Part shown: piece by piece, positions 8,019 through 18,700 of the stretch
How positions within the stretch are numbered: the stretch's first letter is position 1
Layout of the letters: each line of letters starts with the position of its first letter
NCBI GenBank assembly: GCA_966243015.1
Contig: CBIMES010000001.1
Location: 50,598 to 114,597, forward strand
Direction: 5' to 3'
Source: an uncultured bacterium
GTDB taxonomy: Bacteria > Patescibacteriota > Minisyncoccia > Phycocordibacterales > UBA6065
Length of the DNA: 64,000 nt
Notes under the pieces: generated by a model
Told to the model about the DNA's origin: nothing
The model's database searches: none
The model's input: only the letters and a program-made list of their open reading frames with translations
Program-made: the position numbers and the translations under genes

Positions 8019-9815
8019 TTACTTCTTCGCCTTGTCTCGGTCGCCCTTCTTGAGGAGCTGCTTCCTGAGTCGCACTGACTCTGGGGTGATCTCGAGATAG
8101 TCGGTCTCGTGCATGATTTCGAGGCCTCGCTCGATGGTGATGGTGAATGGGGGAACGAGGTCGATGGACTCGTCCTTTCCGGCCGATCGGTAGTTTGACA
8201 TGACCTTGCCTTTGCATGGGTTAACCTCGAGGTCGTCTCCCTTAGAAGTGTTTCCGATAATCATGCCTTCGTATACAGGCACGCCTGCGCCGATGTAGAG
8301 GGTTCCTCGCTCCTGGAGGTTCCAGAGGGCGAATCCTACGGCGTCGCCGTTCTCCATCGAGATCATCGATCCCACCTCGTGCTTCTCGATGACGCCGACG
8401 TGAGGTCGGAATCCGATGAAGCGGGCAGAGAGGATGCCCTCTCCCTTGGTGTCGATGACGAACTCGCCTCGGTATCCGAGAATGCCTCGGGTAGGGATCT
8501 CGAAGGTGAGGCGGGTGATGCCCTCGCGCTCCATCATGTTGGTCATGAGGCCCTTTCGCTGGGAGAGCTTGCGGATGACCTCTCCCGAGTGCTCTGAGCG
8601 CACGTCGGCGGTGATCTCCTCGAACGGCTCGGACTTAACGCCGTCGATCTCCTTGATGATTACCTGAGGCTGCGATACCTGGAGTTCGAAGCCCTCTCGT
8701 CGCATGTTCTCCATGAGGACCGAGACGTGAAGCTCTCCTCGGCCGAAGACCTTGAAGGTGTCCGGCGATCCCGGGGTGACAGGTGGGTTGAAGTCGATGC
8801 GAAGACCCACGTTGACCTCGAGTTCCTTCTCGAGGCGCTCTCGGATCTGGCGGGTGGTGACGAACTTGCCCTCGCGTCCCGCGAAAGGCGAGTTGTTGAC
8901 GAGGAAGTTGAGGGCGATGGTCGGCTCGTCGACGTTAATCGCGTGGAGAGGCTCCTGGCTCTCGTTCTCGCAGATGGTCTCTCCGATGAAGATGTCCGAA
9001 AGGCCTGCGACCATGGCGATGTCGCCCGCGCCTGCCTCGTTAACCTCCTTTCGGTCGAGTCCCTCGAAGGTGTAGAGCTTGGTGATCTTTCCGGTTCGCG
9101 ACTCGCCGGTAGGCTTCTTGACGATGACGTTCTGGCCAACCTTGATCTTGCCCTCGTAGATTCGCCCGAGTCCGAGTCGGCCGGTGTACGAGTCGTAGGC
9201 GAGGTTGAATGGCTGCATGCGGAGCGGGGCAGAGGTGTCTGACTTCGCGGCAGGCACGAGCTCGAGGATGGTGTCGAGAAGGGGGTCGAGGTTGGTTGAC
9301 TCGTCGGTGAGCTGTCGCTTTGCGATACCCTGTCGTCCGATAGAGTAAATGGTGGTGAAGTCAATCTGCTCGTCAGTCGCGCCGAGCTCGATGAAGAGCT
9401 CGAGGATCTCGTCCATGACCTCCTTTGGCCGGGCCGCTGGCTTGTCGATCTTGTTGATGAGCACGATGGGCTTCATGCCGAGCTCGAGAGACTTCTTGAG
9501 CACGAATCGGGTCTGAGGCATCGGGCCCTCCTGCGCGTCGACGAGAAGGAGAACGGTGTCGATCGATCGGAGCACGCGCTCTACCTCTGAGCCGAAGTCG
9601 GCGTGACCGGGGGTGTCCACGATGTTGATCTTGGTGCCCTTGTAGTTGATCGACGCGTTCTTTGCGTAGATGGTGATTCCGCGCTCCTGCTCGAGTGCGT
9701 TTGAGTCCATCGAGAAGCCCTCCTTGGCCACTCCCGACTGCTTCATGATTGCGTCCATGAGCGTGGTCTTGCCGTGGTCCACGTGGGCGATGATTGCGAT
9801 GTTTCGGATCTGCAT
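8019..9815 (-). CDS. typA: translational GTPase TypA/BipA
   Basis: AIIAHVDHGKTTL (G1), DTPGHADF (G3) and NKIDK (G4) are present; length and domain order match the EF-G-like BipA. Confidence 0.95.
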   Translation of the reverse strand: MQIRNIAIIAHVDHGKTTLMDAIMKQSGVAKEGFSMDSNALEQERGITIYAKNASINYKGTKINIVDTPGHADFGSEVERVLRSIDTVLLLVDAQEGPMPQTRFVLKKSLELGMKPIVLINKIDKPAARPKEVMDEILELFIELGATDEQIDFTTIYSIGRQGIAKRQLTDESTNLDPLLDTILELVPAAKSDTSAPLRMQPFNLAYDSYTGRLGLGRIYEGKIKVGQNVIVKKPTGESRTGKITKLYTFEGLDRKEVNEAGAGDIAMVAGLSDIFIGETICENESQEPLHAINVDEPTIALNFLVNNSPFAGREGKFVTTRQIRERLEKELEVNVGLRIDFNPPVTPGSPDTFKVFGRGELHVSVLMENMRREGFELQVSQPQVIIKEIDGVKSEPFEEITADVRSEHSGEVIRKLSQRKGLMTNMMEREGITRLTFEIPTRGILGYRGEFVIDTKGEGILSARFIGFRPHVGVIEKHEVGSMISMENGDAVGFALWNLQERGTLYIGAGVPVYEGMIIGNTSKGDDLEVNPCKGKVMSNYRSAGKDESIDLVPPFTITIERGLEIMHETDYLEITPESVRLRKQLLKKGDRDKAKK

Positions 9816-10005
9816 AACGTTGATGCCGCGAGGCTCTAAAAACTTTCTGAAAAACGATTAAAAATAAAAGGAGCCCAGCGGCTCATTCATAAGTCCATTA
9901 TAGCACGATTTGAATGGGGAGTAAAGCGTTTGCGGGGTCATGAATAACAAAAAGCCCGCTCCGGTAAGGGAGGGGCTTGAATTGATCGCAAGAGTCTCGT
10001 GGGGC

Positions 10006-10524
10006 CTAGGCTGCCGCCAAGGTCGGCACAGGAATCCCGAGGAGCTCCATGATAGTTCGGTCGAGTTCGGTCGAGCCGATCTCTCGCTCCGTCTCGAAGA
10101 TCTGAAGAGTTTTAGTCTTCAGACACATCTCGACGAAGTATCTTACCGATCCGTGTTCCATCTGATCTTGGAATCGCGCGATAAGAGACGGGTCTGCAAC
10201 CTGCTCGTGACCCTTTTTGGGCCTGAGCAGGATGAGACTCACCTCGAACCCTCGTCCGCGAAGACGGGGCATGGTGATGTCGAAATGGTAGAACGGGTCC
10301 CAATCGACGCTAATTATGACGAGGTCGCTTTTGGCGAGCCCGTCGATTTTCCTTTCCATGGCAGGTATGGCGCTCACGGTCGATCCGAAGGCTCCTTGGG
10401 GGAACGCTTTGGTGTCGATGAGAACTCCTTTTCCGGCCGTGGTGATTGTCTCCAAGGACGGAGTGACGTGGCAGGCGGGATGCGTGACGATAATGAATGC
10501 TCTTCTGGGACGGGTATTGTGCAC
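10006..10524 (-). CDS. hypothetical protein
   Basis: Protein-like composition, with its own terminator (imperfect hairpin plus TTTTTGTT) between its stop and typA. The + strand ORF over 9940..10641 is low-complexity. Confidence 0.45.
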   Translation of the reverse strand: MHNTRPRRAFIIVTHPACHVTPSLETITTAGKGVLIDTKAFPQGAFGSTVSAIPAMERKIDGLAKSDLVIISVDWDPFYHFDITMPRLRGRGFEVSLILLRPKKGHEQVADPSLIARFQDQMEHGSVRYFVEMCLKTKTLQIFETEREIGSTELDRTIMELLGIPVPTLAAA

Positions 10525-10641
10525 TGTGAGGACGGGTTGAGTGTTGGTGGGGCGGTGGGTGCTTTCCCTCTTGCGATGGAAAGAGCGACTGGTGTGAAAT
10601 GGTACATTTTATGCCTGACTTGGTCAATAGGCCGTGCTACA

Positions 10642-11256
10642 ATGAGACCCTTCATGAGCAAGCATTCGGAGAGGCGGAATTCTGAGTTTAGGCGGGTCGC
10701 TACGAGCTGGGCCATCGAATTTGGCCCTATCGTGGTCTTTTTTCTTACCGCAGAGTACGTTGGTCTTGTTAACGCCACGGGCCTTTTCGTCTTCCTGACG
10801 GCCCTTGCCCTTATCGCATCGTACTCGAAGGACCGTAGAATCGCCTTATTCCCGCTCCTCGCGGGCCTTTCAGTCATCATCTTTGGCTGTCTGACGGTGT
10901 TTCTGCACAACCCTCTCTATATCATCCTCAAGGATACGGTCTATAACGGCCTCTTTGCCGTGGCGATCGCCGTAGGTCTCTATGGATACGGGAGGCCAAT
11001 TCTGAAGGATCTCTTCAGCTCGCTGTTCCATATGACGGATAGGGGATGGATGATTCTTTCGAGGCGCTGGATGGTCATGTTCGTTTTCCTCACCGTCTCC
11101 AACGAGCTGGTGAGGCATCTCTTGGGTGCCGACGCCTGGGTCAATTACAAAATGGTTGCCACGTTCTCGACTATCGTATTCGGCCTCTATCAGATAACGC
11201 TCTCGAAGAGGGAGAGGATGCCTGACTCAAACAGGTGGGGGATGAATATCAAATAG
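10642..11256 (+). CDS. yciB: intracellular septation protein A family (YciB/IspZ-like) inner membrane protein
   Basis: Five TM helices and the overall YciB pattern. The start is chosen at the internal MRPFMSKH because TACAAT directly abuts the ATG; the upstream part of the track ORF is junk. Confidence 0.55.
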   Translation: MRPFMSKHSERRNSEFRRVATSWAIEFGPIVVFFLTAEYVGLVNATGLFVFLTALALIASYSKDRRIALFPLLAGLSVIIFGCLTVFLHNPLYIILKDTVYNGLFAVAIAVGLYGYGRPILKDLFSSLFHMTDRGWMILSRRWMVMFVFLTVSNELVRHLLGADAWVNYKMVATFSTIVFGLYQITLSKRERMPDSNRWGMNIK

Positions 11257-11521
11257 CCTCGGCCTCGAGGCATGATACGCGCGCGGCGAGGGCGTCATGC
11301 TCTTGCCGCGATATTTTATTGAGGGTGAGGTCGTCTATCTTTCCCTCGATGTTACCGATACGGTTCGAGAGGGAATCAAAGCGAAGGTCCATCTTTGTCT
11401 CAAGGCGAGATACCTCTCGCGACAGTTCCGCACGAAAGTCGTTTCGAAGGTTTGCCTCGAGCTCGTCGAATCTTTTCGTTACCATAATGGCGAGCATCTC
11501 GATGGTTATGCGCGGACTCAT
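11249..11521 (-). CDS. small coiled-coil protein, paralog B (90 aa)
   Basis: MSPRITIEMLAIMV.. with the same 5' nucleotide block and upstream palindrome as paralog A. Confidence 0.6.
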   Translation of the reverse strand: MSPRITIEMLAIMVTKRFDELEANLRNDFRAELSREVSRLETKMDLRFDSLSNRIGNIEGKIDDLTLNKISRQEHDALAARVSCLEAEAI

Positions 11522-11532
11522 GCCCAGATAGT

Positions 11533-11559
11533 AACATCGACCCGTTCAGGGTCGATGTT
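11533..11559 (-). promoter_or_regulatory. perfect 11-bp inverted repeat AACATCGACCC-N5-GGGTCGATGTT upstream of paralog B
   Basis: Stem identical to 4410..4436; spacer differs (GTTCA versus GCTGA). Confidence 0.5.
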
Positions 11560-11602
11560 CACATTTTTATCTTTGCTTTAGTCTTGCTTGCCACTCGGCC
11601 CG

Positions 11603-12355
11603 CTACTTCGAGAGCAGGAGGAGGAACTCTCGGTTGCCACCCTCGCCTTCGATGGGGGAGTCGATGTGAGCGACGACCTCAAAGCCGACCTCCTGTGCCT
11701 TTGCCTTCACCCCGTCGAGCGCGGCGAATCTCTCTGAGTCGAGGGCGATGACGCCCCGGCGTCTCTGCGCGATCTCTCGCCCGACCTCAAACTGCGGTTT
11801 GACGAGGAGCACCGCTCGGCCACCCTTCCTGAGAAGCGAGAATGCCTTCGGGAGGATGTGGGTGAGGGAGATGAAGGACACGTCGGAGACGGCAATGTCG
11901 GCGAGCGGCGAATCGGGCGAGAGGGAGAACTTCCTGATGTCAGTCTGCTCGTGCAGCTCGACACGCTCGTCCTCGCGAAGCGTCTCGTCCATCTGGTCGG
12001 TGCCGACCTCGATGGCGATGACCTTCCGTGCCCCTCGCTTGAGGAGGCAGTCGGTGAATCCTCCTGTCGACGAGCCGATATCGACGGCGAGGACATCGGT
12101 CACGCCGATCTTCCACGTCTCGAGCGCGTGATCGAGTTTCTCTCCGGCGCGACTGACGAAGCGAGGGGTCTCCTTGAGGGAGATGTCATCCGAAGGGGAG
12201 ACCTCGGCGCTCGGCTTGCCGGCCTGGACCCCGTTCACGAGCACGAGACCTCTCTCGACGAGCTCTCGGGCGGCGCTTCTGCTGCGCACCAGACCCCGTC
12301 GGGCTATCTCGACATCGAGTCGATTTTTGTGTTCTAAAGTTTTCTCGAATTTCAT
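11603..12355 (-). CDS. tlyA: TlyA-family rRNA (cytidine-2'-O)-methyltransferase (S4 domain plus FtsJ-like MTase)
   Basis: N-terminal S4 RNA-binding domain (DVEIARRGLVRSRSAARELVERGLVLVNG) and SAM motif VLAVDIGSSTGGFTD. Confidence 0.85.
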   Translation of the reverse strand: MKFEKTLEHKNRLDVEIARRGLVRSRSAARELVERGLVLVNGVQAGKPSAEVSPSDDISLKETPRFVSRAGEKLDHALETWKIGVTDVLAVDIGSSTGGFTDCLLKRGARKVIAIEVGTDQMDETLREDERVELHEQTDIRKFSLSPDSPLADIAVSDVSFISLTHILPKAFSLLRKGGRAVLLVKPQFEVGREIAQRRRGVIALDSERFAALDGVKAKAQEVGFEVVAHIDSPIEGEGGNREFLLLLSK

Positions 12356-12710
12356 GTCCTAACTCTACATGAATCACGTCTAAAAGATAGGGAAGTCAAA
12401 TGTGGTGGCTCGTGACCCCTGTGGGCGAGAGGTGTCTGCAGATAGAGAGGTTACTTTATAGCTCTTTTTTAAACATTGATAAACATTACTATCAAATCTA
12501 CGTATTTAAGCCACATTATGAATCTCGGATAGCTATCTGATGGTTGGGTGGCCTTTATCTTTTTCTTATCAATTCTTTATGCCGAGATGACCATTCTGAG
12601 AGGGGGTGCCCTGCTCGGGTTGGGTGGGGTCGTGACGTTTGGAATGCGAAAATGAGGAAAGGCGCTATCCACAGAGATTTACGGTTGCATTGATTTTATA
12701 ATATTCACCA

Positions 12711-15700
12711 ATGAGCTCAGATCTCTTTTTCGAAGGAAAAAAGTTCATCTCGTCTAGACGAGCTGCGGATCTGTGCGCCTATACTCAGGACTACGTCGGT
12801 CAGCTTATTCGCTCTGGAAAGCTCGAGGCAAAAATGGTCGGAAGGAACTGGTTTGTCGCCGAGGAGTCGATTCTGGCCTACAAGCGCCTCGCGGATGAGT
12901 CTTCGAAGACCCTTTTCCAGAAGACGGATGAGGCCATCTCGGCAAGCCGAGACGCCTCAGAACACGAGGCTGTAGAGGCTGTCGAGGTGCCTGTGGCTGC
13001 GAAGGCTCCGGACCCTGTTATCCCGGAAGTTGTTTCCCCGGTTCCTGCCGTTCGAGAAGAGGCCTATGTTGGTCTTGTCTATACTTATGACGAAAGGTCA
13101 TCTCTTCCTGAGCTTAAAAAGACTTCAGTTCAGCCCGTCGCCAAGGCCGTCGTGGAGCCTGCTGTCCCGGAGACTGTCGAGGAGGTTGTGCCTGAGCCTG
13201 TGGCGGGGGTTGTCTCTCCCTTTATATATGAGGAGTCGATCGAGGGTCTCGGGGGCGACTTCGGCATGATTGATATCGGCAGGAAGGCCCTCGCCGCCGC
13301 GCTCTCGCTTTCCCTGGTCCTCGGTTCTTACTATATGGCTGACGCCGAGAGGTCGAGGTCGTTCCTCTCGTCGACAGAGGCCGTGGGTTCTCGTATGTCG
13401 CTTGCGGTCACTGATACCTTCGCCAAGCTCGCCGCGTCCGTCGGTGTCGTTAAGGAAGCGTATCTCGCGGCGGTTCACAATGCCGGTGTGTACGCGGTTG
13501 AGGGCGTCGTTGCTTTTGTTGGTGCAGCAGAGGATGTCGTCTCCTTGTACGGTGACGCAGTTGAGACGGTCGGACGACGATCGTCTGACGCGAGCGATGT
13601 ACTGGCGTCGGTCAGCATTCCTGATACGGCACGAACGATCGCGGCGCAGATCCGCGTCGAGGGTATTGGCTCCGCGTCTCTCGCGGCGGCGTCTACTGCG
13701 GGCGGCTCACTTGTCTCGGGCCTCGAGTCGGTGGCCGTTGGCGTGTACGAGGCGATTAACCCGATCTTCTCGAGGACGAGCTCGTTCCTTGCAGGGCTCT
13801 TTGCGCCAAAGGACACTGTCCTCGTCATCGACACTCCTGCGCCTATCGCCCCGCAGCCTGAGCCGCAGAGGGAGGCGGTCGCCGTCGTCGCTTCGCCTGT
13901 CGTCGTCACTCAGCCCGCGCAGCCCGTAACGCAGGTCAACAACACCTACTATCAGACCTCTGGCCTCAGCGCCGCTGACGTGACTGCTCTCGTGAAGAGT
14001 GCGACGGCGGACCTTGAGGCCCAGGTCGCCCAGGCCCAGCTCGATGCGCTCAGGGCAAACGAGAATGCCCGCAACGCGGCGGACCGCGGCTCTCGATACG
14101 ATCTCGACAGGATTACCATACGAAGGAGCGAGATCAAGGACTCGAGGATGACGGGTTCGACGATCGCCGACTCTCGCATCGAGAACTCAACACTTGTGAA
14201 CGCGAACCTCACAGGTACGACGACGGCGGGCCTGATTGCTGCGGACTCTATCACCGCCAACAGCATCACGTTCTCGAACTCGAACATCCAGAACTCGACG
14301 ACGACCAACGCGACCTCCACCAACCTCTTCGCCTCGGCCTTCGCCGCAGACCGCCTCCAGGTCGCGGGATCGACGGGCGTCACCATCACCTCGAGCGGTC
14401 TGGTGGGCATCGGCACCTCGACGCCCGAGGCACAGCTCGCCATCGCGCAGATCACGAACGGCCTGCCGATGCTCTCCGCGCGTCGCGTGACGGACGTCGC
14501 CCCTTCGGGTGACTTTATAAACTACAGGAGCGCGGACGGCGGTACCGTGCTCTTCCGCGTCGACAACTCGGGAAATCTTCTCGCCGGCGGAATCATCACC
14601 ACGGGAAGCTACACGGTCACCTCGACCTCGACGCCTCAGTTCCGCGTGCAGTACGACGGCTCTGCCGAGATGACGACCATGGTCGCGTCGACTGGCGCGG
14701 CCGTAATCGCGGTCAACGGCTCGAATCCTTCCGTGTCGTTTGTCCCTCAGTCGAATGGAACCTCGACGTTTGCGGTGACCGATGCGTCACTTGCGCCGAT
14801 TGTTTCGGTCAATACCATTGATAAGTCTGCGACGGTCACGAACCTTATTGCTTCGACGGGTGTTGTCGCGGGGCTATCGTCGACCTATTCGACAAGCACG
14901 AACGCGACGAGCACAAATTTCTTCTCGGCAAATTTCGTTGCGGTTAACTCGCTTTCCGACAATGCAACGACTACCAACCTGAGCGCCGCAACTGTCTCGG
15001 CGGGCGATATCGTCGCCACGGGTTCGCTTGCCGTCACGGGCCAGACAACTCTCGGGGGAGTTGTTCTCGTCAATTCGACGACGACAAACGCGGTCGGCAC
15101 GAATTTGGCTTTCGTAAACTCGACCTCCACCAATCTCTACGCCCAGTCTCTCGCCTCTGACGACTCTGTTCTCGGAAACGCGACGTCGACCAATTTCTTC
15201 TCGACCTTTGGCCGATTGCTGACGGGAACCATCGACAGCCTCTCGTCGACTATCGCGTCGATCGGCGACCTCTTCGCGAACACGCTCGTCGTCACGAACA
15301 GCACGACGACCAACGCAACAACTACTAACCTCTACGCCCAGTCGCTCGTGGCGGGCACTTCGACGTTCGCGGCTCTTAACGCATCGGGGCAGGTTGTCGT
15401 CGGCACCACGACCGGCTCGAGCTATATCGGATGGGGAGGCTATGGCTACGATGCTGCGCTTACCGTCGAGGGCGGCGCGAAGATCGTAAGTAATACTGGT
15501 GAGACTCTCATTCAGAACACCACTAATTATCCTGTTCATGACGACACGACGCTCTTCAGGAACAACGTGCTCGCTATTCAGAATACCGGCGTTACGGCGA
15601 CCAACAGGAAGCTTCCTTCCGCTATTCGCTTCCTTGACGAGACGGGCGCCGAGATGGGTGCCATTGGTTACAGCAACGACAATGTGTGGGCTCCTTTCGC

Positions 15701-18700
15701 CGAGTCATTCTTTATATCCGCGAGCCAGCCGTACTATCCAGGCACTCCGGCGCAGGCGCCGACGAGGTTCGCCCTCCTTCAGGAGGGTCTGTATCAGAGC
15801 GTCGCTCGATACGCGCCTCGTCTTGAGTTCACGACTGACTGGACCACGAACTTCAAGGATCCTCTTGGAAATACGAACCTCAGCATATCTCCGTCGGGTA
15901 CTTCGACCTTCAGGTACTCACTCACCAGTCAGGTGTCCTCGTCGACTGTTCTCACTGTTCACAATACGGGTGGAAGCTTCAACACCTCGTCCGCACCATT
16001 GTCTTCATATGCTGGGTCATTCACGTCCGCTTCGACTCGCTCTGCCGGATCAAACGCGCTTACCAACGTGGGAATCTACGCAAGCGCCTCGGGTGCCCAG
16101 AACAACTACGCTGCGATTTTCGATCAGGGCAACGTGGGTATCGGCACCTCTACGCCGAATCGTGCCCTCTCCGTCGTCGGAGACATAGACTTCACGGGAT
16201 CCCTGCGCACGGGAGGAGTGGCAAGGATCAATTCCGGGGGAGTCTTCATTGCCGCTAACGGAACCGTGGGCAATCCCGGATATAACTTCTCGGGCGACAC
16301 TGGATCCGACACGGGTATGTATCGCGTGGCCGAGGACACGATAGGCTTCTCTACGGCGGGCGTGAACAGGCTGACGATCGGAAACACGGGCAACATAGGT
16401 GTCGGTACCACGTCCCCGACAGCCAGGGTATCTACGGTGTTCAGCTCAAATTCCACATCTAACGCAATAAACCTGAGCCCGTCCAACGATGGGAACAGGG
16501 CGCTTTGGCTCGACGGAAACATGATAAACGTGAGTACGGTCGTGTCGTCGTACTCGCAGACGGCGAACTCGCTTCCGCTCTTCATACAGCCGTACTGGTC
16601 GAACTTCCAGACGGGTCTGACCGTGGGAACCACGACGAACCAGACGGCCGTCAACACGGCGATGATCGTGTACGGCTCGAACGCGTCGTCCGCGACGACC
16701 TCGAGGACGTTCGCGACGAGGAACGGCGACAACACGGAAACTTTCACCGTCCTGAACTCTGGCAATATCGGAATTGGAACCACGAGCCCTTCGACGCGCC
16801 TCACGGTTCACGAGACGGGCAGCCTCGCTGCGGCGCGACTGCTGAACGCGTCAAACGCCTTTGACACGCTCCAGCTTCAGTCCACCATCTCTAATGGCTA
16901 CTCAAGTATCGGATTCCTGAATACTTCCGGAAACTCGATGGGCGGATTCGGCTATGCCAACACGGGAGTCGCCGGCAGCCTTCAGGATAAGGTCTACTTC
17001 TACTCCGTAAGCAAGGACATGGTGTTTAGCACCAACAACGGGTCGACGGGTATGCTTACCCTCAACACCGCGGGTAATTTGGGAATTGGCAGCACTACGC
17101 CGCTCTCGACGCTCTCGGTCACGGGCTCTGGAACCACTAGACCGTTCACCGTGGCGTCCTCAACGGGCAACGCCCTGTTCTCGGTGGGCATAGACGGATC
17201 ATCGACCTCGACCGGAACAAGCACGGCCGCAAGTTTCGTGTCCACGTCGGTCATTGCGACCTCGAGCATAATGGGATCTCTCCACGTCGGCGGTCTGTCT
17301 AACACGACTGCAAGGCTTTATTCATCCGGAGCCATCCAGTTCATCAACGGAACTGATCCCGGCCTCTATGGAGCCCTTTGGTCACCGAACTCGGGCGACT
17401 TCGCTGCCAACATGGCAGGACCTCAGCTCGCCTTCTACACTGGCGGCAACAATGCGCGAATCGAGCGCCTCCGCATTGACAGTGCGGGCAACGTCGGCAT
17501 CGGCACGACGTCCCCGACACAGCTCCTTACGCTCTATAAGTCCGGCGGAGACGCGTACACGCAGTACGCCTCGAGTAACACTGGTTCGGCCGCCACGGAC
17601 GGATTCCATGTCGGCGTCGGCACGGCGGGCGAGGCGTTCCTCAACAACAGGGAGTCTACGTCGATGCTGTTTAGGACGGCTGGAGTCTCAAGGATGGTCA
17701 TTGATTCTGGCGGCAACGTCGGAATTGGTACTACCACGCCGCTCACAAAGCTCGATATCGTAAGCAACATCTCCGATCGCATCAGGATGACTGGATCCTC
17801 TTCCGATACCAATCCCGTCAATGGATCGTGGGGTGGTGCGATGTATCTCTCGAACTCCGATACTACCTCAGGCAACTACAACGGCGTGCTCTTCGCGAAT
17901 GCGACCCCCGCCTGGACAAGCGGTATCTTCGGCATAAACACCACCCATGCGAACAGGACGGGCGAACTTTCGTTCTTCACCTGGAATGCGGGTGTTGGTA
18001 GCGAGAAGATGCGCATCACTCCTGCGGGTAACGTCGGCATCGGCACAACATCACCCGCATCTCTCCTTGCAGTTAGCGGAAAGGGAACTTTCGGTACAAG
18101 CGACGCCGTCACGCCTCAGCTCGAGGTCATCGGCGGAACGAGCGGCGCGGGAATGATTCGCCTCAATCGCGCGGGAACAGGCACGGTCTTTGATTGGGCG
18201 CTTACTGGCGGAGGCCTCGCGTTCAATGATGTGAGCGGCGCGTCGGGCGCGACCGTAGTTAATATTTTTGGCGCCAGCGGCCTTAATGAGCTTTACGTCG
18301 GTCAGGCGTCCAAGACGATAGTCGATACTCGTGCCTCTCTTATATCGGGAACCACGTTCGGTTCCTCCGCGGGAACTGACGTCGCCGCACAAAATCTCAC
18401 GCTTCGTTCCGGCCTCGGCACGGGCGCGGGTGTCCCGGGCGATCTCGTCTTCCAGACTGGTACTGTGCTTGCTTCGGGTTCAACTGCGCAGTCTGGTAGC
18501 GCTCGTCTTACCATTAAGGCGACCACCGGCAACGTCGGGATAGGTACGACAACCCCTCAGAAGTTACTGCATCTCTACGGAGATCCGACTACGGCTCGCT
18601 TGAGAATGCAGAGCAATACCGCCTTGAATAGTGTATACGCTGAGATGGCTACTGACGCTAGTACTGGATCGTTCAACTTGCTTGCAGACCATAGCGCTGG

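Noticed and set aside
9940-10641. 5' two-thirds of the 438-aa plus-strand ORF
   Set aside because: No protein-like composition. The true gene (YciB-like) begins at the internal ATG at 10642; the antisense ORF 10006..10524 is more plausible here.
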